Shown one piece after another: positions 48,600 through 61,454 of a stretch of DNA of 64,000 nt; position 1 is the stretch's first letter, and each line of letters opens with the position of its first letter. The stretch comes from Glaucostegus cemiculus (lineage: Eukaryota), in the NCBI GenBank assembly GCA_976551045.1, contig CDPCPM010000078.1, positions 5,580,001-5,644,000 on the forward strand. Direction: 5' to 3'. The translations under genes and the position numbers were made by a program. Below the pieces are notes generated by a model, which did not search any database, was not told where the DNA came from, and was given only the letters and a program-made list of their open reading frames with translations.

Positions 48600-51265
48600 G
48601 TCACAGGGTCACACAGCCTGGAAACTGCCTTCACCCTGTCTACCTGTGACTCCACTTAAAGGGAACCATGTACCTGAACTTCAAGGTCCCTCTGTCCTAT
48701 GACACTCTGCAGGACCCTACCATTCACTGTGTAAGTCCTACCTTGATTTGACTTTCCAAAATGCAACATCTCACATTTATCTGAATTAAACTCCTTTTGC
48801 CATTCCTCAGCCCACTTACTGAGCTGATCAAAATCCCCCTGTAATTTTGCTAACCTTCTTCACTGTCCACTATACCACCTATTTTAATGTCTCCTGCAGA
48901 CTTACTAACCATGCCTCATACATTCTCATCCAAGTATTTGATATAGATGACAAACAACAATGGTTCCAGCACTGAGCCCTGAAGCACACTAGTAGTTACT
49001 GGCCTTCAGTATGAGAAGCAACCTTCCAGTATCACCCTCTGCTTCTTACCATCAAAGCAATTGTGTATCCAACCAACCAGCTCTCCCTGATTCCAAGCAA
49101 TTTCACCTTCCAGAGTAGTCTACCATGTGGAACCTCATCAAAAGCCTTACTGAAGTCCATATAGATCACGTCTGTTGCTGTGCCCTCATTGACCTTTTTG
49201 GCCACATCATCAAAAAACACAACCAGGTTTGTAAAACATACTCTTCAATGTACAAATCCGTGCTGACTACCCCTAATCAGCCCCTGTCTTTCCAGATGCA
49301 TGTATATCTTATCCCTCAGAATCCTGTCTGGTAACTTACCTGCCACAGATAGTAGATGTACTGCCTATAGTTTCCAGGGTTTTTTTGTCATCCTTCGTAA
49401 ATAAAGGCACAACATTCGCTACCCTCTAGTCTACCGACACTTCACCCATGGCTAATGGTGATGTAAGTACCTCAGTCAGGGTTCTGCAATTTCTTCTTTA
49501 GCCTCCCACAATAAACCCAGTCAGGCCCTGGAGACTTATCTACCTTCATACATTTTAAGAAGCCCAGCACCACCTCTATTATAATGCGGACTATCCCCAA
49601 GACCTCCCCATTAACTTCCCCTAGTTCCGAGATCTTCATTGTCTTTCTTCACAGTAAAAACAAAGGAGAAATATTCATCGAGGACCTTGCCCATCTCCTA
49701 TGGCTCCAATTAAGTCTTTGAAGGGCCCTATTCTCTCTCCAGTTGCTTAACATAAAATCTCTTTTGGATTCTCCTTAATCTTCTCTGCCAAAGCTATCTT
49801 ATGCCCCCTTTTTGCCCTCCTGATTCCTTACTTGAGTACACTCCTGCATTCCCTATACTCCTCCAGGCATTTGCTTGATCCCAGCTGCCTGTACCTGACC
49901 CATGCCTCCTTTTGCCTGGCCAGGGCCCCAATCTCTCTCTCATCGTCCAGTGGTTCCTACTCTTACCAGCCTTGCCCTTCACTCTAATAGGACCATGCAG
50001 ACCTTGAGGTCTCGTTATCTCACCTTTAAAAGCCTCCCACTTGCTGGATGTGCCTTTTCCCGCAAGCAACCTACTCCAATCCACCTTTGAAATTCGTCTT
50101 TCCCCAGTTTAGGACTTGAACCTGTGGACCAGTTCTGTCTCTTTCCATAACTATGTTAAAACTAATAGAACTTTGGTCACTGGTCCTAAAGTGCTCCCTA
50201 CCATCATCTCAGTAACTTGCCCCGCCCTATTACCTAAAAGTAGGACGAGCTTTTCCCTCTCCCTAGTAGAGCCCTCTATATTCTACCTGAGGAAACTTTC
50301 CTGAACACACTTAACAAGTTCTACCCCATCTAAGCCTTTAACAGTATGGCAGTCCCAGTCTCTGTTAGGAAAGTTAAAATCCTCTACCATGATAACCCTA
50401 TTATTCTTGCAATTCTCCACAATCTTCCCACATCTTCTTATTCCTGTTGACCGTTGGGGGGCCTACAGTACAACCCCAACAATATGATCATCCCCATCTT
50501 ATTTCTCAGCTCCACCCATAAGGCCTCACTGGATGATCCTTCAGTAATTTCATCTCTGACTACTGCTGTGTCATTTCCATTAATCAAAATTGCAACTCCT
50601 CTGCCTCTTACTTTCCCCTGCCTCTATCCTGCCTAAAGCACCTGCACCCTGGGACATTAAGCTCCTGGTCTTGTCCCTCCTTTAGCCATGTTTCCACGAT
50701 GGCTATAGTATCCCAGTCCCATGTACCTATCCATCCCCTGAGATCATCCACCTTGCCTGCCAGACCTCCTGCACTGAAATGAATGCAAATTATTCCAATA
50801 GACTTTCCTCACTCCCTGCCATGCTCCTGTCTGTCTTGTCTATTCAACTTACCATCACTGATTTCTGTAGCACCTTCCGGCTTCTCATTTGCCTCCCTGC
50901 TGCTTAGGATCATAGTCCCCTGCCAATCTAGTTTAAACCCACCCTGGTAGCACGAACAAACCTGCCTGCCAGGATATAGTTCCCTCTCTTGTATGAGTCA
51001 CCTCTGCTCCACAAGAGATCCCAAGGTTCAAAAATCTGAATCCCTGCCCCCCGCATAAATTTATCAGTAAATGAATGTGTAGCTATATCCTCTTATTCTT
51101 ACTCTCACTAGCATGTGGCACTAGAAATAATCCAGAGATTACTACCCTGGAGGTCCTGCTTTTTAACTTTCCTAGCTCAATTCACTCCACAGGACCTCAG
51201 CCTTTTCTCTACCTATGTCATTTGTGCTAATGACTTCTCGCTGCTCACCCTTTCCATTGAGAATG
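48600..51265 (-). mobile_element. CR1 LINE, long decayed copy (ORF1 end, endonuclease, RT)
   Basis: DVIYMDFSKAFDEVPHGRLLWKV, QG.VLEPLLFVIYI, VDW.RL.AGK.T..KWEAFK, and GLY.PP and DFNFPN.DW endonuclease motifs. Most of the 3' ORF2 region is deleted next to the tail. Confidence 0.88.
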
Positions 51266-51304
51266 TTCTACACTGCTCTAATGTGGAGACATATAGCAAA
51301 TAAT

Positions 51305-51577
51305 TTGCGCATAACCAGATTCTACAAGCACCATTTGGAATAATGTTAGTGATGTTGGTTGATGCATAGAATTGTCAGATCAAGTTTGACCTTTCATTCG
51401 TGCAGAATTCAGGATTCAGAATCCTGAATCCTGCTCCAGGATTTAGGTGCTAACCTAGGCTGATAGGCTATTCTGGCTATTCTAGCCCATCAGCCTAGGT
51501 TAGCGCTTAAATCCCGGAGTGAAGCTAGGTACTACAATCTTCAAATTGAGTGAGAGTACTCTAACGAACCAAGGCTG
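51305..51577 (-). mobile_element. Deu-domain SINE with its core replaced by inverted duplications
   Basis: Head at 51577-51483 (CAGCCTTGGTTCG..ACTCTCACTC..CACTCCGGGA..CTAGGCTGA) and 3' part at 51362-51305 (TCAACCAACATCACTAA). Confidence 0.6.
51407..51519. repeat. 23-bp palindrome (51407-29) plus 37-bp-stem hairpin (51434-51519)
   Basis: ATTCAGGATTC-A-GAATCCTGAAT; arms 51434-70 and 51483-519 match at 33/37 with a 12-nt loop. Confidence 0.92.
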
Positions 51578-52339
51578 TCAAGTCAAGAAAAATTGATTGC
51601 AGCTGTAAATAAAAACTGAATGCTGTTGTAACATTCTTTTCAATGGCTAGGAAGAAGAGGCAGCAAAATCCTCTGTCCCAGTTTATAAAAGTCTTGCTGG
51701 CTTCCTGGCTCATACATAAAACTATGCGTTGCTCTGCTGAAAGGCACAGCCTCAGTAAGGCTGTAAAGATTTTGGAGAAAATAAGGATGTCATAATGAAG
51801 GATGTAAGTTTTGGGGAGAAAAAACTCATCTCCTGGCATGTGTCAGTATTGAATGCCCAAGGTTCAGGAATTCTCTGCTAGACACCAGATAAATCTCGCT
51901 CAGTTCCATCAATTTACTTTGACCCCAATCTGAGAAGAGCACTTCATTTGACACCAGGTTGACAATTTTATTTCCCAATACAAGCTATTATTGTGCTCCC
52001 TCAGAGTGAAATGACTTAAGTGATGGTCCTATCACGTAACTCCTGTCTCTGTGAGACGCATTATTTGACCCCGGCACTGCTCACATTCCTAGTCTGTACT
52101 GCCTGCTCCTTCTTGTCTCCTCCCTACCTTCGCCTTGTAGCCCTCAAAGGGGGCTAGTTATGTGGGGTAGATGTGACGTCACTGTTCTGCCTTCTCTCCT
52201 ATCAAAGCTGCTGGCTACTCTGTGGAAACGTGCAAGTCAAAAAAGAACTGCAAATCTGAAAAAAATAGAAAATGTGAGGAACACTCGGCAGGTCAGGTGC
52301 ATCTGTGAAAGAGAAACAAGTATAATGTTTCTAGTCCAA

Positions 52340-52630
52340 GGATGGCACAGTGGTGCAGCTGGTAGAGTTGCTGCCTCGCCTCAGAGATCTAGATTCATTC
52401 CTGACCTCGGGTGCTGTAGGTACAGAGATTGCATGTTATCCCTGTGACTGCATGGGTTTCTTCTGAGTGTTCCAGTTTCCTGACACATCTCAAAAAAAGG
52501 TGTGGTTTGTTAGGCTGATTGGCCACTGTACCTTGCTCACTGTGTGTAATTGAGTGTTTGAATCTGGGGGGAGTTAATGAGAATGTGGGGTGAATAAAAT
52601 GTGATCAATGTAGGATTTCTTTAAATGGGA
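52340..52630 (+). mobile_element. HE1/V-SINE-type SINE, preceded by a Penelope terminal fragment (~52245-52340)
   Basis: GGCACAGTGGTGCAGCTGGTAGAG A-box, CCTGACCTCGGGTGCTGT, GGGTTTC..CAGTTTCCTGACACATC core. Confidence 0.85.
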
Positions 52631-52634
52631 TTTC

Positions 52635-53030
52635 CCAGGGCTTTTCTCTTTGGAGCGAAGGAGGTTGAGAGGTGACCTGATAGAGGTGCATAAGATGCAT
52701 AGATCAAGTGGACAGCCAGAGACTTTTTCCCAGGGTGGAAATGGCTAACACAAGGGGTCATAATTTTACGGTGACTGGAGGAAAGTGCAGGGGGATATCA
52801 GAGGTAAGTTTTTTGCACAGAGAGTGGTGGTTGTGTGGAACGTGCTGCCCGGGGTGCTGGTAGAGGCAGATACATTAGGGACATTTAAGACACTCTTAGA
52901 CAGGCACATGGATGACAGAAAAATGGAGGGGTATGTTGGAGGGAGTGGTTAGATTGACCTTAGAGTAGGTTAAAAGGTCGGCACAACATTGTGGGCCGAA
53001 GGGCCTGTACTGTGCTTTAATGTTCCATGT
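52635..53030 (+). mobile_element. CR1 LINE 3' end
   Basis: LFSLERRRLRGDLIEV; GGCCGAAGGGCCTGTACTGTGCT tail. Confidence 0.88.
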
Positions 53031-54529
53031 AAGAGGTAGGCATTCCTCAAATATGATGCCACTAAATTAGCCCCAATGTGGTGACCAGATCAGCAATCCA
53101 ATTTTAAATTTCAGTGGATCCCCGACATGGTCTGTGTGGGGCTGAGTGTTTAATACAGTCTTTGTATTAATTCTGAGCTTTCATGAGGGGACTTTTCTGA
53201 GATCAAGGCATATATGGGTTAAATGGAATATAACTTCAAATTTACCTGACATTTTCCATGATGTCAGTAAAACTTTTGGGGAAAATTTATCCGGTCTCAC
53301 CCTTGAGAAATGTTTGGTGGAAAGGAAATGACTGATGGGTTTGGATTAAAATATAAACTTGATCCACATGAGCGATTACCTCAATATTTCTTTTTTGACA
53401 AGTTGGCTGATCCGATACTAAACCTCAGCCCAGATTTTCCGCTGGGACACGATCCGTGCCAGAAGTGTGGCGAAATGTCACTGGCAGTGTCCATGCAGTT
53501 GATTCTGGATCAGCTTAATTAGAATGATTCTGGATGAGCTCCAGGTATTCCAAATTCTTCAATAGGGACGTCACTTTTTAACATGGGAGGCATAGGTGTA
53601 GGTGAGGCAGTGTACTACCACAGGATTTTAAGACCTGTAGCAGTTTAAAGATACAAGCATCTTTAAAGTTGTTGAGGAAAGCTGTCCATGGGATTGCTTG
53701 CTTTGGAGATTTTTAAAGGCTGGATATTGATAACTAGGTTTAACTATACAGCATAGAAAGCAAAGACAATTTTATATTATTTTTGTGGGGAAGTAAGATT
53801 CATGAATAGCCAGAAGTCATTAAAAATTGATATCAGTGGTGGCAGAGAAGCCTGTTTTTTTAAAAAAAACACATAATCCAGGAGAAAATTTTAATGAGTT
53901 TTCAGTCAGAAAGATAGTGATCACCTTAAGTAATGGGCTGACTGAATGGTCAGCTGTGTGGCTGATGAAATTTAAATGCTGAGAAGTGGAAAGTGATGCG
54001 GGCTGGTAGGAAGGACAAGGCATGGTGTAGTGTCTGTAGAGTCTTGCCTACGTCCTCCCTTGGTAGGGCAAGTAAACAGAATAAAGCTTCTTACCAAACT
54101 TCCTTTCATTGTTGGTAAACAGTACTCCTTTAACTGCTGCAGTCGATGCAACAATTCAGCTGTACCGTGTGGTGCACGGCTTTTAAATGTATATATGTTC
54201 ACGCATTATACAGCGGCTCCTCGGGCAGCAATCAGGATATGTTTCTCAGTATGAGGGCCAGCTGAAACAGCTCTAGAAGGAGTCATTATGTACTACACTC
54301 TTGTTGGCCAACCAACAATGACATAATGTGCTCACTCTGGCCGAGTAATTGTGAACAACGTGGCTGAATTTGATAAGTTGTCGAATACATTCACAGCTTG
54401 GTAACGTTTGATTATTTTTTTTTCATTATCTAGTTTTTTAAAAATTATTTTTCCCATTGGGACAAGAATGCTATAATAGATCAGTGCTCTGCAGTGTGGT
54501 GTTAACAGGTGTCAGAAGTGGCTAAGTTT

Positions 54530-55290
54530 GATGATGATTGCAGAGTATTTAATTCCATTCACAACTCCTCAGCGAATGAAGCAGCTCTTGCTTGTGGTAA
54601 GACCCAGTCAACATCTCAAGCTAACCTGAGAAATGGCAGGCAATGATCATGCTACAGAAGTGCCGGGCAATGAACATCCCCAACAAGAGAGAGTATAAGC
54701 GCTGAACATTAGTGTTATTGTCTATGTTGACTGTACACTCTATTGGATTACCCATCGTGGGTTGGATATCTTGTGAATGACTCAAATCTTGACAGCCCAA
54801 GGCCTTTTCGCCATCTACAAGGCACAAATCAGGAGCACAATGGAATATGCTCCACTTGACTTGATGTGTCAACAACTCTCAAGAAGCTCAAAACCATCCA
54901 GGACAAAACAGCCCACTCTGATTGGCGCTCCATCAACCACCCTAAGTATTCATTTTTTCCACTAAATATGTACAGTTGTAAAATGCAGTGCAGTTACTTG
55001 CATGGGCTAGTTCAACAACACCTAAATCCATGACCTCCACCACCAAGAAGGATAAGGGCAGTGGGTACATTGGTACACCACCACCTCCAAGTTACCCACC
55101 ATCCTTCCTTGGAAATGCATACCTGGTCCTTCATCACCACTGGGTCTAATTCCTGGAACTCCCTTCTGATAACACTGTTGGTCTGCCTTCACCAGAAGGA
55201 CTGTAGTGGTTCAAGAAGTGGCTCATCACTTTTTCAAGGGCAATTGGGGATGCGCAATAAACACTGTCCATTGCTGCCCAGATCCTGAAA
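54530..55290 (+). mobile_element. Second CR1/L2-superfamily LINE 3' part
   Basis: LTAQGLFAIYKAQIRSTMEYAPL, GSNSWNSL; tail CAAGGGCAATTGGGGATG..CAATAAA. Confidence 0.8.
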
Positions 55291-55349
55291 GTGGAGAGAG
55301 AGTAAATGTAATTTACACGTCCTGATTGCAGGACTTGTTGAAGGATATG

Positions 55350-55478
55350 NNNNNNNNNNNNNNNNNNNNNNNNNNNNNNNNNNNNNNNNNNNNNNNNNNN
55401 NNNNNNNNNNNNNNNNNNNNNNNNNNNNNNNNNNNNNNNNNNNNNNNNNNNNNNNNNNNNNNNNNNNNNNNNNNNNNN
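55350..55478. other. Assembly gap (129 N)
   Basis: Run of N. Confidence 1.
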
Positions 55479-56177
55479 GTCAGTCCTGAGCACTTGGAGA
55501 TGGAGCAGGAAAGGCCAACTAGAATAGTTCGTGGGTTGAGAGACTACAATTACAAGGATCCACCAGGAAACCTGGAATGGCTGTCCTTGGTGGAGAAAGC
55601 TGAGCATTTTGATGGAAATATCCAAAAATAAAAACAAACTGTATCTTTTGACTGAAGGTACAGATTCCATGCCATTGACGAATGAACAAAAGAGACATGG
55701 GGAAAAGCTTTTCCTTGCAGTGAGTCATTATTATCACGAAGGATTGACTTGAAAGGATTGTGAAAGCCGATTCATTTGCAGCTTTCAAGAGGGCATCAGC
55801 TACGTATTCAAAGAGGAAAAAATATTGGTATCACTCAAAGGATGTATCCCGAGAATGGGGTGAATTGGATTCTCTTGCCCAGGAATAGAGTGCATTGAAT
55901 TCTGATGCACAAAGCTGCCATCTGCTCAGGGGGTGAGTGGCCAAATTGTGCCCTGAAATTATTGTTATTCTAATCAACTTGTTTATTGATCTGAAATTTT
56001 AGCCATTTCAAAGAGAACATGTTTTGAACTGTTGGATGGTCAATAATGTTAAGGTCCAGATTTGGTCATTTGTGAGAGAACTGGAGTACACAAAAGGGAA
56101 AATTATTTTGTTGGTAACCTATGTTTAGGGTACAAAATGTATTGGCTAAAGGGATGGTGGACCTTTAAATGGGAAAA

Positions 56178-56370
56178 AGGCAGCAAAGTGGTGCAGCAAA
56201 CAAGGCTGCTGCTGCACAGCTCCAGTGACTTGGGTTCAATCCTGACCTTGGGTGCTGTCTGTGTGGAATTTGCACGTTCTCTCTGTGACTGTGTGGGTTT
56301 CCCCCAGACACTCTGGTTTCTTCCCACATCCCAAAGACTTGCTGGTTGGTAGGTGAATGGGCCACTGTAA
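56178..56370 (+). mobile_element. HE1/V-SINE-type SINE 5' part, abutted by an old minus-strand CR1 tail (56370-56685)
   Basis: GGCAGCAAAGTGGTGCAGC, GGGTTCAATCC B-box, GTGGGTTTCCCC..GGTTTCTTCCCACATCCCAAAGAC. Confidence 0.85.
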
Positions 56371-56804
56371 GACCATAAGACATGGGAGCAGAATTTTGCC
56401 ATTCGGCCCATCGAGTCTGCTCAGCCATTCGATCATGGCTGATTTATTTTTTCCCTTTAAATCCTATTCTCCTGTCTTCTCTCCAGAACCTTTGACGCAC
56501 TTACTAATCAAAACCTATCAACCTCTGCTTTAAATATACCCTTGGCCTCTGTGGCCACCTGTGGCAATGTATTCCACAGATTCACCACCCTCTGGCTAAA
56601 GAAATTCCTCTTCATCTCAGTTCCAGAAGTCCTTCTATTCTGAGGCAGTGCTGTCTGGTCCTAGACTCTCCCACTACTGGAAACATAAAATTGCCCCTAG
56701 AAGAGGTGAGCATGAATGGGGAAAGGAACTGATGAGATTCCTCTAAGAACTGCGTAGACTTGAACGGCCAAATGGGAAATTTGAAGGAAAATGTTGCAGG
56801 TTCT

Positions 56805-58095
56805 GGTATTGGTATTGATTTATTATTGTCCCTTGTACCAAGGTACAGTAAAAAACTTGTCTTGCATACCATTCATACAGATCAATTCATTACACAGTAC
56901 ATTGAAGTAGTACAGGGTAAAAACATAGAACAATACAGCACAGAACAGGCCCTTCGGCCCATCAAGCTGTGCCATCCTACAAACATCTCCCAAACTAACT
57001 CTTTCCACCCTCATATCCTACTATTCCACATTCTTCCATGTGCTTATCTAACAATCTCTTAAACCTGTCCAACGTATCTGCCTCCACTACCACCCCAGGC
57101 AGTGCATTCCATGCACCAACCACTCTCTGGGTGAAAAACTTCCCTCTGACATCTCCCCTATACTTTCCACCAATTACCTTAAAGGCATGCCCTCTCGTCT
57201 TGAGCATCTGCGCTCTGGGAAAGAGGCGCTGACTATTAACTCTATCTATTCCTCTCAATATCTTAAACACCTCTATCAAGTCCCCTCTCATCCTCCTCCT
57301 CTCTAATGAGTAGAGCCCTAGCATCTTAAGCCTCTCTTTATATTCCATACCCTCCAATCCAGGCATCATCCTGGTAAATCGCCTCTGCACCCTCTCCAAC
57401 GCCTCCACATCCTTCCTATAATGCGGCGACCAGAACTGAACACAATATTCCAAGTGCGGCCTAACTAGAGTTTTGTAAAGCAGCATCATCACCTCTCTGC
57501 TCTTGAACTCAATCCCTTTATTTATAAAAGCCAACATCCCATAAGCCTTCTTAACAGCCCTATCCACCTGCGAGGCAACTTTGAGTGAACTGTGGATATG
57601 AACCCCCAGATCCCTCTGCTCCTCTACACTGCCAAGAACCTTGCCATTTACCTTATACTCTGTCCTGGAGTTTGTCCTCCCAAAGTGCACCACCTCACAC
57701 TTCTCCGGATTAAACTCCATCTGCCAAAAACAATAACAGAGTAAAATGTCACAGCTACAGAGGAAGTGCTGTGCAAGTAGACAATAAAGTGTAAGGTCAT
57801 AACAAGGTAGATTGTGAGGTCAAGCGTCCATCTCATCGTATAAGGGAACCATTCAATAGTCTTATCACAGTGAGATAGAAGCTGTCCTTGAGCCTGGTGG
57901 TATGTGCCCTCTGGCTCCTGTATCTTCTGCCTGATGGGAGAGGGGAGAAGAGAGAATGACCCGGGTGGGTGGGGTCTTTGACTATGCTGGCTACTTTACC
58001 AAGGCAGTGAGAGGTATAGACGGAGTCCATGGAGGGGATGCTGGTTTTCATGATGTGCTGAGTTGTGCCCACCACTCTCTGCAGTTTCTTGGAAC
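56805..58095 (-). mobile_element. Rex1-type LINE 3' end (56805-56925 plus 57726-58095) split by a CR1
   Basis: ORF 57833..58102 KKLQRVV..AQHI..PSGRRYRS..TTRLKDSFY; the 3' UTR continues on both sides of the CR1; (CCAATA)n-like tail. Confidence 0.85.
56926..57725 (-). mobile_element. Young CR1 (HER1-type) LINE, 5'-truncated, with uninterrupted 241-aa ORF2 C-terminus (56995-57720)
   Basis: MEFNPEKCEVVHFG..RDLGVHIH..LYKTLVRPHLEYCVQFWSP..TRGHAFK, no stops. Possible 7-bp TSD AAAAACA (56919-25 and 57726-32). Confidence 0.93.
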
Positions 58096-60737
58096 AAGGC
58101 ACTATTTAGTTTCCAGTTCAAATGAAGAGCCTGTGATTCTGGGTCAATGCTGTGCTTTTGTCCTGCTGAATTCCGGGCAAGACTTTGGTATGCAATGTAG
58201 TGATTTAGGATATTATAGGGAATGCCATTTCTCATAAGAACGAGCACTGACACACTGCCTGAGAAAGTGGTGGATACTGGTACTCTCACAGCAATCTGGA
58301 TGAGCACTTGAATCACGAAGGTATAGAAGGCTGCAGAACAAGTGCTGGTAAATGGGATGAGTGTAGATGGGCACTTGATGGTCAGCATGGACATGGTGGG
58401 CTGAAGGGCCTGTTTCTGTGCTGTATGAATCCAAGGTAGAAAGCTCACCTGTGATGATCAGAATTGCATTGATTACCCTGTTGTTTGAAATTGAGCCATG
58501 ATGCATCCACCTCCATTTTCTTTCAGGGTTTATATTTTGCCACAAGTGTTGGAAACTCTCATCAAGCCACATATACAGCCGCGGGGAATTGGAAGTGGGC
58601 CCTCTCTCTCTGCATTATTAATTAACGTGCTCTGATGTATTCAAATTGGCCCATACGATATTCATTCTTACTGAAGAAAAATCCTCTCCCCAAAGCCTGG
58701 ATAATGAATGTACCCACAATAATCACTCATTTTGGACCCTAATGATGTAAACTAATACTGTCAGTATGGTGCCAATTTAAAATATTGGCTTTCCAATTGG
58801 TATAGCAAGATCAGGGTCATGTACAGTAACAGTTGCCTGTCTTTTCAGAAGCTGTTTTTTTTTTAAATCTTTACAGACTCCACAGAGTCTATACAGCAAA
58901 ACCCAAGTGAAATGTTTTGCAGCTCACTGCAGCCATAATTCAATTTGAAACACTCTGTTTCCTATTGAAGCCTTTTGGGGAACGCAAGGCAAATGAGTTT
59001 CAACAAGCTGACAGTATGTTGGCTTCAAATGCATGTTGGCTGGTGGTGCTGGGGGAGTTGAGGGTGGTGTTGCAGCCATCACAAGGTACAAGAAATAAAA
59101 GAACCATCAAAAAGTCATATAAATCCTTTGCCACTCCAGTACAACACTGTCCAAAAATGTTACGTTCATAAATTAGCATCCTCGCTTGCTGCAGGCAGAC
59201 AAAGGTTAAAAGCTTTCTCAAATTTTCTGTCTCACCACTATAGATTGTTGGTTATTTTTTTTAAAGTTGTTTTCCCTATCTAAAATTTGCTGAATTATCT
59301 ACACTATGGGTGAGACATTACTCATTGTTGAGGAAAAAGTCATAGCCACTTTTCTTATCAGACTTGTATGAATCTCTGGTTCCGAACTGTTGGCAAGCTG
59401 TCTTTTTATTTTAGGAGTAAAGGCTCTTTTTCCACCCACTTTTTGTTGACTACACATCAGTAATAATGATGCTTTTACTATTTTGCCCTGCAAGAGATTT
59501 TTGACTGAATTAAATTTTATGTCGTTGGTGTATGATAATATTTAGCAGCGGAATGATTAATTTTGAGAGTTTACTCATTAAAAATATTGATTGGATCAAT
59601 GGGGGTGGGGGGGAGAGGGGTGATGCCAGGTTGTACAACTGTTTGTTTCCATAAACTAATAGAATTTGAGACAATGAAAAGTCATTGAACCTATCCCAGA
59701 ACATTTGCATCCCAATACCAATCTGCTTTTGCTTTATGTACCTGGCATGAAAGACTTGCCTGAATAAATAACACTAGCCCTGTGGTCTTGTTGACAAAGA
59801 GGTATATTTTCATCTAAGATAAAACTCTTTAATGGCAGGTCACTGGGTTATCCTCATTGCACAAAATGTGTGGGTGGCACCTTTTGCCTCTGCCCTTTTG
59901 GACAAGGGAATCCTGAAAAGATGGTCTGAAAGATTGTGCTGTCTAGTGAGTCAGAAAGATCGAGGTTCCAGGCTGCAGTGGAAACATGTATGATGACAGT
60001 TAAGAGTCAGTTATAAGGAGGACGCAACTGAGCTTACTCAACAGCAGGAGATAAATTGTGTATTTTGTGATCTTATGGAATGAAGATCAGTTGGAAATAG
60101 CTCATTAGATATCTATTATATTCATTCATGTGTATATCTAAACTAAACCAGTTTGTTGCTGTACAATTGATCTTGTTTCACTAGCATGCTTTCCAAATCA
60201 GCTTCTGAAAACACAAGATAATACACAAGCTGGCATTCATGAGATCAGAGTATCAATTACACAAATGAATATTTTTTGAATGCCTACTTCACATGATCAT
60301 TTTAGTGGTGAGAATCTGTGACAAATAATACCTTGTCTTAAGTACCTTGGGAACTATTAAATGTTTGAGCAAATTGCCTGAATAGTGCTCTGCTCTTGAA
60401 GCACTGTTCCTGAGTTACCCTAAGCATAATAAAGGAAGTATCATAAAAGTAATTTTTTCAATACTTCAGTCATGGCAAGTACATTAACTGGATTGGACCA
60501 TCAGGGCTTTAACCTATTCCATGATAATGTCAGACTTTCACCCTTCCAGCAAAGTTCCTGCATTGGATCAGAGCCTCAATGCTGCTCCTTGTGTGTTGGT
60601 ATTGCAATCACACACAAATGTTGTGGATTCCTTTTGAAGATGAAGTCTTGAGGGGCATCTGGTGACTGTGAGAATCCTTTGAATCCTTTCCTCAATCTAC
60701 TTGCATTGAATGTTGAAACCAGTTAAGAAAGCAATGT

Positions 60738-60891
60738 GGAGACTGCAGATGCTGGAATCTGGAGCAACAGACAATCTGCTGGAGGAACTCTACGGGTTGA
60801 GCAGCATCTGTGGGAGGAAAGGAATTGTCGACGTTTCAGGTCAACCCCTGAATCAGGACTTCTTGATGCAGGGTTTTGATCCAAAACATTG
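60738..60891 (-). mobile_element. ~150-bp Penelope terminal mini-insertion with two inverted hammerhead-like motifs
   Basis: GAGACTGCAGATGCTGGAATCTGGAGCAAC...; minus strand AGTC-CTGATTCA-GGGGTTGACCT-GAAA-CGTC-GAC, immediately followed on the plus strand by TTGATGCA-GGGTTTTGATCC-AAAA-CATTG. Confidence 0.8.
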
Positions 60892-61454
60892 CTTTATTAT
60901 AATAGGTAGTCCAAACCCTCAACACCTCTACCCAGTAGCCCCTGTATTCATCAAAGAACTGGAATTGTGGATGAGATGCTTCTGCCTGTCATCTCATTTT
61001 AGCTGATTCTGAAGATGATGTCATTCTGTACTACACAGGACAATTCTCCTCTCTCAAACTTCCTGTCTCTGCAGCTTCAGCGCAGCATTGTCCAGATAAT
61101 TGCAGTCAAGCTGTCTTTGTTAGTCAGGGATCTTGTATTGCTGACCCTTACCCTGTTCTTCCATCTGCAAATACAATAGTTTAACTGTCTGCTTGGCATG
61201 ATAAGTGTGTGTAAGCCATACATTGGTTTGTTTTCTGGAAGGATGGAAGTTTGCTTGAATGACTTTTTAAGTGGAAAAGGAGCTAAATGTGCAGACCAGT
61301 GTACCCCAATGACACATCATCAATCTGTGATTTGACAGCTACAGTAGTTCTAAGAAACCACGTTAAGCACATAATGCTGCTTTTGAGTCTTTCCATTTTC
61401 CACTGCTGATAGAACTTGGATGCAAATCCACTGTAGACCATTATCATGGTCAAC

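Noticed and set aside
55146-55670. ORFs of 101-174 aa containing X runs
   Set aside because: Artefacts of translating through the N gap.
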